A DNA stretch of 64,000 bases from Haliotis rubra (taxonomy: Eukaryota). The translations under genes and the position numbers were made by a program. Positions within the stretch are counted from its first letter, which is position 1. Each line of letters starts with the position of its first letter. Below are positions 1-11,635 of the stretch, piece after piece. Under the pieces are notes generated by a model. It saw only the letters and a program-made list of their open reading frames with translations, searched no databases and was not told where the DNA came from. The stretch covers positions 310,001-374,000 of the forward strand of contig NW_025767227.1 of the NCBI RefSeq assembly GCF_003918875.1, read 5' to 3'.

Positions 1-144
1 AAGCGATCGTACAATCAGTTTTACGGGTTGTCTGCTGAACGAAGTGGCCGATGACACTTGCATTGAGGTGTTTCAGTTTGAGTCTTTGTGTATGTCCCCA
101 ACAGCCAATAATTCAACACCCATATCGATCACAGGGCATCAGCA

Positions 145-232
145 GACAGTCATGTATGTCCGTGGGTATGTATAGATGTGGTTGTCGTTCGACAACCACA
201 TCTATACATACCCACGGACATACATGACTGTC
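145..232. repeat. Perfect 43-bp inverted repeat with 2-nt loop
   Basis: 145-187 is the exact reverse complement of 190-232. Confidence 0.95.
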
Positions 233-505
233 CCATCATCGCTACAATCATGATGTTACATGTACAGAACAGAAACCTTGCTTCAGTGAAACGTCAATGA
301 AAAAATATATATATTCTGAAATAATCTACTGCATTAATATATTAACGACATCCCATCTCCTTTTGAGGTCGTAGGTAATAATTTGCGCGTGCATGATCAT
401 ACATGTTGGATATTTGTTGGCGACATGGTACGTGTTTTTCATGAAAACGTCACACAGTTATTGTCCATCTGTCGGGAGCTCATCGAAAGACTTTGCGTGC
501 TGTTA

Positions 506-673
506 GAGTGAGTGAGTGAGTTTAGTTTTACGCCGCTTTTAGCAATATTCCAGCAATATCACGGCGGGGGACACCAGAAACGGGCTTCACACATTGTACC
601 CATGTGGGGAATCGAACCCGGGTTTTTGGCGCGACGAGCGAACGCTTTCACCACTGGGCTACCCCACCGCCCC
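506..673 (-). mobile_element. tRNA-derived SINE family A
   Basis: A box/B box head (TAGCCYAGTGGT...GGTTCGATTCCC), (ACTC)n tail, near-perfect TSD gtg(c/a)tgttagag. Confidence 0.9.
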
Positions 674-841
674 GTGATGTTAGAGTCGTGAATGTAGTGA
701 ATGTGTATGTCTGTAATGTACATGGCCTCAATGTGAATGTCTTCAGCATGAACATTTCACACCAAACTCCTCAAATCAATGTATTAGTCCCACGTCATAC
801 CTTTGTTTAAACAAATTCTTTCTTTATTTCATTTTAAGTTA

Positions 842-963
842 AATATACTCATGCCAATAATGGTTGTCACCCCCAACCCAACACCCCACACCTCACAATT
901 CCCCCCCTCACCAAAATTAAAACAATTCAAGGGGGTGGCAACCATTATTGGCATGAGTATATT
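842..963. mobile_element. Small MITE-like element with 33-bp TIRs
   Basis: 842-874 vs 931-963 are inverted with one mismatch. Confidence 0.75.
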
Positions 964-1586
964 GCTCCATATGTAACCGTTCCAAACATTACCTTCCAGA
1001 CTAGCGGATAAATCAGTCAAACAATCAACATATATACTTAATGTTTTTTATTATAAAACATAAATAAAAACATGAGGTAAAAATAAAAATGTAGAAATAA
1101 ATATTCTTTAAATATGAGAATCAAAATGATTGTCTACAACCCGGTTGTATGGACAGCGGGGTTAACTGTACCCTTAGCAATAGCCAACACGGAACAAGAC
1201 AAATTACCGGTTCACACTTCAACACAATCTACAGTTTCCAACACATAACAGTCTCTGTAAACGTTTTCATTAACAACGGATTGACAGCAGTATATTAAGT
1301 TATAATAACTATCATATATTTCTATCAATGGACGAATCAAGTTTAAGTACGGAAAACATGACAACTGAAATATTGCGTTAATATCCAAATTAAATTAAAT
1401 ATCCAAATTAAAATTTCCATGCGTCTCCTAAGCCATCGAACTAGCTATAATTGTGGTCCCCTACTCTGCTTTAAATAAGATCCCCTGGTTCACAATCTTT
1501 TGTAAAATAAATATAAATTCTGTAAATAGAATTGATCTAATCTCAGTTAAATGACGAGAGGTACACGGGAATCTCAGCTAGATGTT

Positions 1587-1794
1587 TCACTGTAGGAAAA
1601 TAGGAATATTTGGGATATCCCGCTGTCTTCCCATGTCCCAATCGAACTCTGTATTGCTTCCCGCGTCTAACTCGACTCCCGCCTCCTGTTGGCGAAGCGA
1701 CGCACTTTCACACACATTCCGCATCCAGACTGGCGCCCAGGGCTTGGGGTAACCGGGTTCCACAGTACGGTAATAATCGTTAAACTTTCTGAAA
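1587..1794 (-). CDS. MMP exon 11 (last blade, closing Cys, 40-aa tail, stop)
   Basis: VEPGYPK...WMRNVC then ESASL...IPIFLQ*. Confidence 0.93.
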
Positions 1795-4700
1795 CTAGAA
1801 ACACACCATACTGTCAGAAACGTAAATGGTGAATCATGTGCCAAAATAGAACAGTGTAATGTTATTCCTTTAAGGTTATGACCATAGTAGTTCACGCAAG
1901 ATCTCGTTCCAGTCTCGTTATCGTTATAAGACTGACGTCGGTGTCATCAATCGTTTGGTCTGAGGAATCATGAGTTGTGAGTTGTATAGGAGGGGTTCCG
2001 TATTAACAGAGCCTCTCTGTCATACCATTGATTTATAATGACGGAACAGGTGTATATTTTGTCTGGGCAATATTCGAGAAAACGCAAGTGCCTGGATAAA
2101 GGAGGTTTGAGTGTACAACTTTATGACCGAAGATATATTCAGAGAGCGGCATGCCATCCACTCAAAATTTACAACTGTTTCCATTGTCAGTACAGCTTAT
2201 CTACTCGTGCAAGCAAGTTGAAAAAATACTCGATGTTTTTTCTTAAATTTATTTTATGTTATTTACGTTCTCCACTCAGTGAAAATGTCTGCTTACTTTG
2301 TTCCCTTGAAGAAGTACATGTGTCCGTCATACCACTTGACAGCTGCCTCCACCCCCCGGGGGATTCCCAGCCAGTGGTCCTCGATGTTGTACGACCACCC
2401 TGGAACCATCTGTAGGGTGTTGGGGTTCCACTCCCAGAACTTGTTACTCTGTAAAATAGATATTATACGTCGTTATAGTTAATGATGACATCCCGAATGT
2501 CTATAGTAAGATGAAGAACATAACAGACGTTGTAATACCGCGGTACGGATCAATATTCTGGTGAAGTCTGAATTTCATCCATTCACTGTAGGGTAGCCGT
2601 GTGGTTCAAGCGTTGTCTAGTCACAAAGGGTTCGATTCTCAAATATTGTAGGGTGGGGATATTCATTATTCATTTGTCCTACATCCTATAATGTTCCACA
2701 TTGGGAATACACTCACACCTTGAAGATGTTCAGATAAACCACACGCCGGAATATCAAGGGGTTTTAGTACAGTAAATACGTTATAATTTCATAAACGAGA
2801 TCAGGATATTATTCAATAAGAAAACATCCGTTCGTCATCTGTTTGTGAATAGCATCTATTATAATCACATCGGTCCAGTAAAAGTTTGAGTGGGTCTAGG
2901 CTAACAATGTCTCAAGCCCGCGGGCTGGGGTGATACATGTAATGGTATTTACAGTACTCATGATGTTAATCACTGGATTACACACACACAAAAGGAACAA
3001 CAAAACCAGCATGAATGGTGTGGATATTTTAAAGTGTGTTACTTGTTACAACTTACCCCGAACATGAAGATGCGACTCTTGCCGTAGCTGTCCTGCATGT
3101 TGAGTACGGCGTGAATGTTCTCAGGGAAATCTGCTGTGTATATGGTCTTGGGGAAGCCTGTGTCCAGTTCGAAGTCGGTGTACCTCCACACTCGAGGTCC
3201 TAACAGAGAAGTCAACATTAATATATTGGAATAAAATATTGTGTTTTTCTATCATTGCAAATTCAGGACGAGCATTTTCAACAGGAGAGCAATATTTCAC
3301 TGCGTAGACGACAAGGCAGCTTGTGAATAACCAGGTTTCCGTAAAGTTGATGTATACTGACCTTTGAAGAAGTAGGTCTTCCTGTTCTCGGGCATGTAGA
3401 ATGCGCCTCTGATCTTGCCCGGTGCCCGGGGGTACACGTCCCTGATTGGTCTGGGGTAGCCAGCCTCTAGACCCCGGCTACCCAGTTTGTATACCTTGCG
3501 ATACCGGAAGGCGTATGTGAAACCGTCGGAAGCTGCGTACAAAGAACAATGCCGTCATGAGCATGGGAAGAGCGGGCGACACAATCAGGTATATTTTCTA
3601 GTTCAGCTGTTTTTCCATCCTTGCAGACAACGATGTAATTTTATCAAGAATGATATCATATACGTTTCAAATATATCATATACTATTAATAATTACTCCA
3701 CTAGTGAGTGAATGTTGTGTTATAACGTGTGCAATTAAATTACTGTGCCTGTAATATTTGAGGGTAGTTTTTAGGTCAACACTTTACGAGTTCTCGCAGT
3801 GAAATGGTTGGGGCGTTACTCCGGGAACTGATGGAAACAGTGTGCTGAGCCCATTATCGTTGTGCTGGGTCCACTCAATAACACATCTACACAAATTCGT
3901 GGAAAATGGAGGTAGGTAGACAGATTTGTGGAACCTCTGATTTTACAACTGCTGAAAAACGCGATTTACTACACAGTCATTCTTTTGGAACCAAAGTAAA
4001 AAACTTCAGCAGTCATTCATTTAACAAGTCCATCGGCATGATAGACATTCGCATGGCTCTGGGAATGATTCTTGCAGAACCTCAAGAACATTTAATACTA
4101 GGTTCTTACCCGTGACGATGGCGTCTAATTTGGTCGAGCAGTAATCGGCATTTGGACTTGTTGCCCCTTTGGTAGTAGTTGGTGGCTTGGTCGTTGTCGT
4201 CGTTGGTGTTGTTGTTGTTGTTGGTGTTGTTGCGGGTGTTGTAGTTGGGCGGTTAGGATTAGACCCTAATAAAATGTGAAATATATAAAATGTCAAAGCC
4301 AGAATATAACAAGTCTCGATTTTGAGTCGAAACAGAAAATGAAACACGGAAAACAAAATGAAGCTACCGAAAGCTATTTAACTCGTACCTGTCATGGTAT
4401 ACGGACTTGTGAAAACCTTTACAATACTTTGTCATGTCCGATATACAGTTACAGTTTGGTTAAATGACACAACTTAAGGATCAGGTATGAGTTTGTGATA
4501 ACAGGATTTATCTACCTCTCTTAATTACGGACGGAAAGTGGTTTGTATGCCACAGACCTTTTCCGGTTCAAAATATTCGGACAAAAGCAGTTGCGCATAG
4601 AACAATAATACCACTTACGTCATAGTAATAGAATCACCATATAACCCAGAAACTCTTAGACTTCTTGTATTTTGTATACTTTAAAAAAATGCTCTTTAAG

Positions 4701-7700
4701 ATCGATTTCTGCAAGTGGACCCAAGTCAGATTTTCTTGGACATGTCTAAAGTGACCACCCTTACCATAGAGAGTCTGTATTGCTCTGATGTCATCGCTGT
4801 GTAGTTTAAAGTTGGGATCGTAACCTTGGTAGTACGGTGCCATGAGAGATCCTCGAACTCCAGAATGTCCAAGACCAAGGGCGTGTCCAAATTCATGAGC
4901 AGCAACCGTTTCAAGGTCTGTACCGCGGTCATCGTGATATGTCCACTCCTCGTCATCATCGAAGTGGGTGTCGCCGTTGATTGGATGTGTTCCCGGGCCA
5001 AACGCATGCGCAAGCGTCTTGCCTGAAATATATAGAAATATAAGGTGAGTAAATTAAAAACTGATGTCATGTCGTCAGTATTTCAGCTATATCGTGACGA
5101 AATGTAAAGAAGGCCGTATCATAAAAAGAATATATAAGAATAATAAAGAAAACCGATAAAGGCAAGGACAACATATCGAGTATTTTGCAAATTTGACATT
5201 ATTATTCCGATTGTGTCTATCTTCTATTACAAAGGTCCCTTGGTGACATTGTTGTTTCCTCATCACGATGTGGGTCCTGGGTCGATTCCGAAAATAATTT
5301 CTTTTTTTGTAACTCCAGCTGCGATGTTTGGAAGTGACGTGAATCTCCACTGACTCACTCTTAAACGAAACGAATGTAACAAAAAGAAACGGTTTCATAT
5401 TCGAATGTTTACCTTTTCCATCAAAGGCGTTGTATGCTCCATCACCGTGCTCGCCGCGTGCAAACTTGACCTCAATGTCAGGGGTCCCGTCTGTGTATTT
5501 GAAGGTCAACGGAGTCACTGCCTGCCAGTACTTGAAGGCGTTCTCCATGGCCCGTCTAATAAGGAAGGTTATTAAGTGTAAGAAAGTGTCGCCTTATGAC
5601 TCAATATACAAACTGAACTCTGATAAGTTAGCGTGTTATTAGCATAGATGTATACGAGACGTTTTGTAAAGGTAACTAAAAAAAGGTAAAAATAGTGAAG
5701 ATACTCCCACAAAAGCAAGTGGATAACGTTTAGTTATCGGATTTCACTCCAGTCTAGTGTCCACTTCCGGTCAAGGTAGAGGCGTTTTACCTTACCAATA
5801 CCTCTAGTGGAACTGACACTAAGGCCTAGGCATTGTGACTTGAATCAAACTTACTATGGTTGGTTGGTTTGTGGTTTAACGCCGCACTCAGCAATATTCC
5901 AGCTATATGGAGGCGGTCTGTAAATAATCGAGTCTGGTCCAGACAATTCAGTGATCAACAGCATGAGCATCGATCTACGCAGTTGGGATTCGATGACATG
6001 TGTCAACCAAGTCAGCCGATCGCTGATCACCCGATCGCTTTAGTCGCCTCTTACGACAAGCATGGGTTGCTGAAGACCAATTCTAACCCAGATCTTCACG
6101 GGTACAAACTTGCTATACCTGTCACCCTGAATGGGACTAGTCCCCTGTAATATATGTCAGTTTGTTGTCGTGGTATAGTACTTACTTCTGCACCGACTGA
6201 CCCATCTGGTTGGTCCATGCCACTGTTTTCCAGGTAATTTCCTCTTTTGGCCACGTCCCTCCTGTAAACATACATACATCCATATAGACTCCCTCCTGTA
6301 AACATACATACATCCATATAGACTCCCTCCTGTAAACATACATACATCCATATAGACTCCCTCCTGTAAACATACATACATCCATATAGACTCCCTCCTG
6401 TAAACATACATACATCCATATAGACCCATGAGACATCCAGTACCTTTGTGATTTATGTTCGATATTACATGTAGCTGTTGAGTCACCTAGCAATAAATGG
6501 TTCTGTTTGTAGATTCGATTTTAACACCATCTCTAATTATGATCCAGGGTCATGCATAGATCGGTCTATGTAGATTTTTTCATACACGTTTATCGCTCAT
6601 CCTAGAGTAATTTTTGGTGTGAATACACAACGCCGATTGTGTTGTTATGTACTGGTGTTTAAAGCAGTGTGAAACCCTTCTCCTGCAGGCAGAAACATTT
6701 CAAGAGCTACAGCGTTTGTAAATAACAGCCGAAGTGTAAATGTCACAAGACTGACTGACTGACTGAGTTTGACTTTACGCCGCTTTTAGCAATATTCCAG
6801 CAACATCACGGCGGAGGACACCAGAAATTGGCTTCACACGTTGTACCCATGTGGGGATTCGAACCCGGGTCTTCGGCGTGACGAGCCAACGCTTTAACCA
6901 CTAGACTACCCCCCTGATGTCACAAGAACACAAACAATGTAATGTAAGATGGTCTCACCAAGAAGTGTATAACCCAGCGGCTGGTTAGGATCAGCTTCTT
7001 TCGGAATATCCCTAAACCCACAACGAGGCTTGTTCATCTGCTCATACGTCTTCCTGTCCATCATGCCTGTTACCGGAAGTCCGGTGAACTCCTGGAACTT
7101 CCTGAAAGAAAGATAACTCTGGATGTCAATATGTTTTAAATTATTTTAATTTGAGGTGAATGGTGTTTGCTGTCAACGTAGCTCTCGGCAGTATATAATC
7201 GATCCCAGATCAATAATTCTAGCCATCCGCTCAGGACGTCGGATTACCGTATATAACTCGCGATAGACGACATCTCCCAGCCTACTAGACTTAGCCTCCT
7301 TGTAAGACCAGCACAGGTTTCTGGTTCTTATTCTAAGCTGGTATTAGTTCTTGGGTTTCTCTGCTCAAGGTTATGTTGGAGATACTTGAGATAAATGATG
7401 ACAGAAAATGACACGTTGAATTGGATACTGTGCATTAGATATGGACACGCCTCCTGTGGGTATAGTGATAAGCAGTAATGACATTCTGAGAATACGTCCA
7501 TCAATGCTTTCCTTTACCTGAGAGCGTATTCCAGCTCGACTTCGGAGTGGAATATGGGACCGCCATCGTCCTCGGTGTTGTAGTCGGTGTTGAGGTAGCC
7601 GTACCGTTCCAAGTAGTCCTGTAGTTTAAAAGATTTCAGAATTAAATGAGTGGATGCGGATTATTTTTAATTTTATACACATGTAGTCGTCCGTAATGTG

Positions 7701-8419
7701 GAGTTTCCAGACTAACGAGGTTCCATGGTATGTACATTAGGATATTACTATAACCCTTAGTAGCCAAAATCACCTTCTGCAATTAGTACTACCACCACAA
7801 TCAGCGGTTGCTACTTCTACTTGCACTTCACCATCTACTACTCTAATACTACTGTTTCTTATGACAGCTAACGTAAAGTACGGTTATAACGAAGACAACG
7901 GGACATCTAATGTCGTCGTTATAACCGTAGTTCGTTATACCCAGTTGGAATTAAATATGCAGCAAAAGACAGGAACAAAAAACACTAAACGTATTTTGAT
8001 AATGCTACTACTGCCATTACTACTACTGCCATTACTATTACTGCCATTACTATTACTGCCATTACTACCAGGGCATACTCCCCACTAATCAGGGGCGGCA
8101 GGGTAGCTTAAAGGTTAAGCGTTCACTCGTCACGCTAAAGACCTGGGTTCGATTCTCCACAGGGGTACAATGTGTGCAGCCCATTTCTGGTGTCCCCGCC
8201 GTGATAATTGCATGAATATTGCTAATAGCGGCGTAAAACCATATTCGCTCCTCACTCATAAAAAAAATATGTTTATCAATCCAATATCTCCATACTCACC
8301 ACCATGTCAAATGCCCCTCGCTTCTCGATGTCATGAGCATCTTCTGATCCCTCTTCTCTGTGTAACGCTGCCCCGAATACCAGAGGCACTCCTAGGAGAG
8401 CCAGCAGCACTATCTTCAT
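1587..8419 (-). CDS. Matrix metalloproteinase (M10A matrixin with hemopexin domain), complete 11-exon gene, 556 aa: join(8300-8419,7518-7618,6959-7101,6186-6261,5413-5555,4765-5022,4110-4265,3362-3532,3057-3199,2297-2448,1587-1794)
   Basis: Manual splicing: all ten introns are GT-AG with matching phases, and the 1671-nt total is open to TGA at 1587-1589. Motifs: signal peptide [56 protein letters not shown], Met-turn LMAP, and hemopexin blades (YFFKG, GYPK/GFPK). Orthology to a named MMP is not determined. Confidence 0.96.
2297..2448 (-). CDS. MMP exon 10 (hemopexin)
   Basis: FWEW...WLGIP...DGHMYFFKG. Confidence 0.95.
3057..3199 (-). CDS. MMP exon 9 (hemopexin)
   Basis: VWRY...LDTGFPKTI...IFMFG; not shown in the supplied ORF track. 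Confidence 0.93.
3362..3532 (-). CDS. MMP exon 8 (hemopexin)
   Basis: GYPRPI...TYFFKG; canonical splice sites. Confidence 0.95.
4110..4265 (-). CDS. MMP exon 7 (Thr/Pro-rich hinge and first hemopexin Cys)
   Basis: [14 protein letters not shown]...[10 protein letters not shown]; phase 1-1. Confidence 0.93.
4765..5022 (-). CDS. MMP exon 6 ([22 protein letters not shown], Met-turn)
   Basis: Zinc-binding motif encoded at 4865-4897; ends [11 protein letters not shown]. Confidence 0.98.
5413..5555 (-). CDS. MMP exon 5 ([13 protein letters not shown]...EHGDG...FDG)
   Basis: Matrixin catalytic-domain motifs; canonical splice sites. Confidence 0.96.
5858..6104 (-). mobile_element. SINE-like family B, full length, in MMP intron 4
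   Basis: Matches copies at 37965 and 60853; TSD caaactt(a/g)ctat; (AACC)n tail. Confidence 0.9.
6186..6261 (-). CDS. MMP exon 4 (start of catalytic domain, [10 protein letters not shown]...)
   Basis: W-x4-I-T-W motif; donor GTAAG. The acceptor lies inside a 34-bp tandem repeat (see findings). Confidence 0.9.
6257..6425. repeat. 34-bp minisatellite x5 spanning the MMP exon 4 acceptor
   Basis: Unit ccctcctgtaaacatacatacatccatatagact starts at 6257, 6291, 6325, 6359 and 6393. Confidence 0.97.
6750..6914 (-). mobile_element. SINE family A in MMP intron 3
   Basis: Family consensus; TSD atgtcacaaga. Confidence 0.9.
6959..7101 (-). CDS. MMP exon 3 (propeptide with cysteine switch PRCGFRD)
   Basis: [12 protein letters not shown]...[10 protein letters not shown]; TTTCAG acceptor and GTGAGA donor. 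Confidence 0.96.
7518..7618 (-). CDS. MMP exon 2 (propeptide, DYLERYGYL...)
   Basis: CAG acceptor and GTAAAG donor; YLxxYGYL propeptide motif. Confidence 0.94.
8005..8070. repeat. 15-bp repeat (ctactactgccatta) about x4
   Basis: Direct inspection. Confidence 0.85.
8092..8258 (+). mobile_element. SINE family A in MMP intron 1 (diverged)
   Basis: Family consensus with substitutions. Confidence 0.85.
8300..8419 (-). CDS. MMP exon 1 (signal peptide; MKIVLL...KRGAFDMV)
   Basis: ATG at 8419-8417, hydrophobic leader, donor GTGAGT at 8299, phase 0 matching exon 2. Confidence 0.9.
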
Positions 8420-8473
8420 ACTGTCACTATAAGTTACGTTTCTTTGTGAATGACCGTCAGCCTGATCACTGTT

Positions 8474-8508
8474 GAATTGATTTCACCCACACTGCAGCGC
8501 CTTATATA
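8474..8508 (-). promoter_or_regulatory. MMP core promoter: TATA box (TATATAAG, 8508-8501) and Inr-like TCAATTC (A at 8478)
   Basis: The first T of the TATA box is exactly 30 nt upstream of the Inr A, which lies 59 nt upstream of the ATG. Confidence 0.7.
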
Positions 8509-8580
8509 CCCTCGGGCCACAATCAGCCGGTGGAGGGGGATAAATTTAGACTAACGGATTTTGACAAACACTGACACACG

Positions 8581-8749
8581 CACCGGAAAAAGTCATCAAG
8601 GAAAGCTCATTTCCGGGTCGCACTTTGAACTTCGTAGATCTACATTACTTGTCAATAATTTCGAAATACTTTCTAAGCTTAATAGTAAGGTATGAGTATG
8701 CCATCACGTTATGATAGGGTCCAGCGGGTTCCGGTACCTGTGACGTCAC
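8581..8749. promoter_or_regulatory. Proximal MMP promoter motifs: ETS-like CCGGAA/TTCCGG (about 8583, 8611, 8729) and perfect CRE TGACGTCA (8741-8748)
   Basis: Motifs read directly from the sequence. ETS and bZIP sites are typical of inducible MMP promoters; function is untested. Confidence 0.4.
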
Positions 8750-8868
8750 GGCGTTCAGTCAGACGGGAGGGGCGAAGGGTTGGGGGACTACTGAAGCGAG
8801 AACGGTGACACAGAGACTGCACTTGACTTTTTTTGTTACCTACCAGTACATGTGACCTTCTAAGACAT

Positions 8869-9383
8869 CTTTATTTATGCAGAGACATTCGGATAGTCAT
8901 AAACAATGTTGGTTCACTTCAATTCAAAATTCTAATAAATGTTTTTATTACTCCCAATTTAAGACATTTTTAAATGTGGAAAGATATATAAATTCTGTTA
9001 TTCCTTTACATCTCAGATCTGCACTGTCCCAATTTAGATGTGGTAATTTTAATTTAGCATTTGAAACTGGAAGATACAATAAAGTTAATTACAATGGTAT
9101 TTTGTAAATTGAAAGACAAAATGTTATTGATGAATAAATTCATGTACTCATTAAGTGTGAACGTTTATTCGATTTATGATTAAGGTATATTCAGAAATAT
9201 TTGACTGATTTTGATCCAAATGCCAAATTTATCAACATTATGAAATCAAATAATGACTGTATCATAAAAGGTGTTAGAAATGTTCGTCTTAAACAGCACG
9301 TGCACTGTACTATCAATATCATATGTAAATGACTGTATGATGGGACTGGCCTTTTATTGAATAAAATTGTCTGTCTGTCTGTC
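8869..9383 (+). mobile_element. 5'-truncated non-LTR retrotransposon (LINE) 3' end
   Basis: LSQFRCGNFNLAFETGRY resembles the FRxxxHxLxIETGRY ORF2 C-terminal motif; AATAAA + (TGTC)n tail; TSD ctaagacat on both sides. Confidence 0.8.
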
Positions 9384-10606
9384 TAAGACATGTCCACAAG
9401 TTCAGTAAACTTCAAATATAACGATCTCAAAGTGAGTTCGATATATCCGATTTTATGAATTCCCGTTCCCTTTATATAGAAGTTCGGAATCGTTACAGGA
9501 GTGTAGCTGAAACGTAGATAATTCGAATAATGTATTAGTGAGTGTTCAATATCATCACAATATGATTCTAATTGTTTGTTAAAATTGATTTTACAGATTA
9601 TTTTTCTTTACTCATATTCATATCTCTACCAGGGAATATGTTCGAAACATTGGAACCTATAGTACTTATATTACTCATGTCATCAGCCATTTTAAGGTTA
9701 CAACAGCTGTTTCCATAACCTGTGATATCAGGAAAAATATTAAAGTCACTACTTACAGGGACGTGTATAACTTGGGTAAAAGAACTGATTTCACTAAAAC
9801 ATTACAACAAAATTTCGTCGAAACACTGCAAAATTAACGTCAAAAACAGTTTTGGTACCCATACAAAATACATAATGGAATAACTTTTAATCATTTTATT
9901 TTTGCTTCATTTTTATCCATTTATAAATTCTTACGTGTTTACCTTGTAGTATACTAGAGCCACACACAGGACATGTTTTAAATTGACGTATTTGTATAAT
10001 ACTGAAAACGTCCATATCGTCCTCCCCCGCAAGAGTAGGTCACTGTGACCTGGTTACAATCAATAGGTGTGGAATTCAGGTTAGATAAAGGGACGTATAA
10101 AAATGAAGATATCCGGTAGGGGTGATATAACTACCTTAGCATAATCGCTATGCATAAGAATATATGTAAACAAAGAGATCGGCAAATATATGCTTCCTAC
10201 GCAATCTTCTATTGTGAAGACTACACTCCAGAGGTTTCGTTTGGACATGTTTCCAACCAAAACATGAACACAAAAATAACACGGAGGTAGAGGAGAGAGC
10301 TCGTGTGTGGGCGGACAAATAAACATAGTATGCTGTGACCTTGTCGGGAAGAATACAAGTAACCTGGACTGACGACTAACATCTGACATCAGTAACCATA
10401 CACTCTGGAGGAAAATTAGTAGAATTAAACAGGTTTAAACAAAATCTAGCTTTCTTCTTTCCATCTGACATACGTTTTAAAAGTTATTGCCTGTATTTTA
10501 CACATAATCTGAATCATTTCACTATTTATCATATTTATTACAAATTCATATATCTATAAATTTATTTAAAGAGGAAACAATATGAATGTCAACTTCTATA
10601 ATATGA

Positions 10607-10772
10607 CTGACTGACTGAGTTTGGTTTTACGCCGCTTTTAGCAATATTCCAGCAACATCATGGCGGGGTACACCAGAAATGGGCTTCACACATTGTACCC
10701 ATGTGGGGATTCGAACCCGGGTTTTCGGCGTGACGAGCCAACGCTTTAACCATTAGGCTACCCCACCGCCCC
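10607..10772 (-). mobile_element. SINE family A
   Basis: Family consensus; TSD tctataatatga. Confidence 0.92.
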
Positions 10773-11635
10773 TCTATAATATGAGGAATGTGCTCCATGT
10801 ATGTTCAACTTTTACAGTTAGCTGTTTTGGTGAACATTCTTGATAAAATACGAGTGATACATCGGTATGTATCTCAGCCAAGTAAACCGGACGCACTTGT
10901 ATTATGATTTTTTTGTTAACACACACAATTTAAGTAATACTACATTAAGGATTAACGCATATCGTGAATAATTACGTCAAATCTTGTTTCTTTTGGGGAA
11001 TGGTTCAATGAATGCAAGACATCACGAAAACAGTTCACCGAGATGCATAGAATCCTAATTCTCGGAACGATTCCGTTTGTAAAGTCAAGAAATTTCACGG
11101 TGTTTGTGTAACATGATGCAATAGATGTAGCTGAGTGGAGATCTCGCCCCTGGCTGTGCATCATGGGATCGGCAGGGCACTTAACGATGTAAGCATCCGT
11201 GAGCAGTGAGGCGAAGACTGCCGGAATGTTCCTGCAAGAGTAAACAATAACAAAGCTGAGACTGTGTTGTTTTGTATTGCTTATGTATCAGCGAGTTACT
11301 CCTCTGTGCTTTATTACGCTGGGTTCACACTACGTGGAATACGTACATTGTATGGCGTTTTATGATAATGAGTTTCATTAATGGACGCAGTTGCTAACAC
11401 CCTATATATTCACATATTTACTGTAAAGTTGAATCAAACATGAAGGCACTTGTTTATACACAACCGGATAGACACATTTGTGGCTCACATGCCTGTCGCA
11501 ATACACATGACAACATGACAACAATCACGTGCCTTCCAAACATGCACAAAACTACACGTGTCATTAATAAACATCAAACCATTGACATGACATACAAACA
11601 AACAAATAACAACATTTGTCAGTTATAAACATACG

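Noticed and set aside
506-673. tRNA genes in family A and C heads
   Set aside because: A/B boxes are present but there is no complete cloverleaf; they continue into a shared body and tail and have TSDs, so they are SINEs.
6096-6493. Three overlapping minus-strand ORFs with repeated YGCMYVYRR
   Set aside because: Products of the 34-bp repeat; only 6186-6261 is supported as exon.
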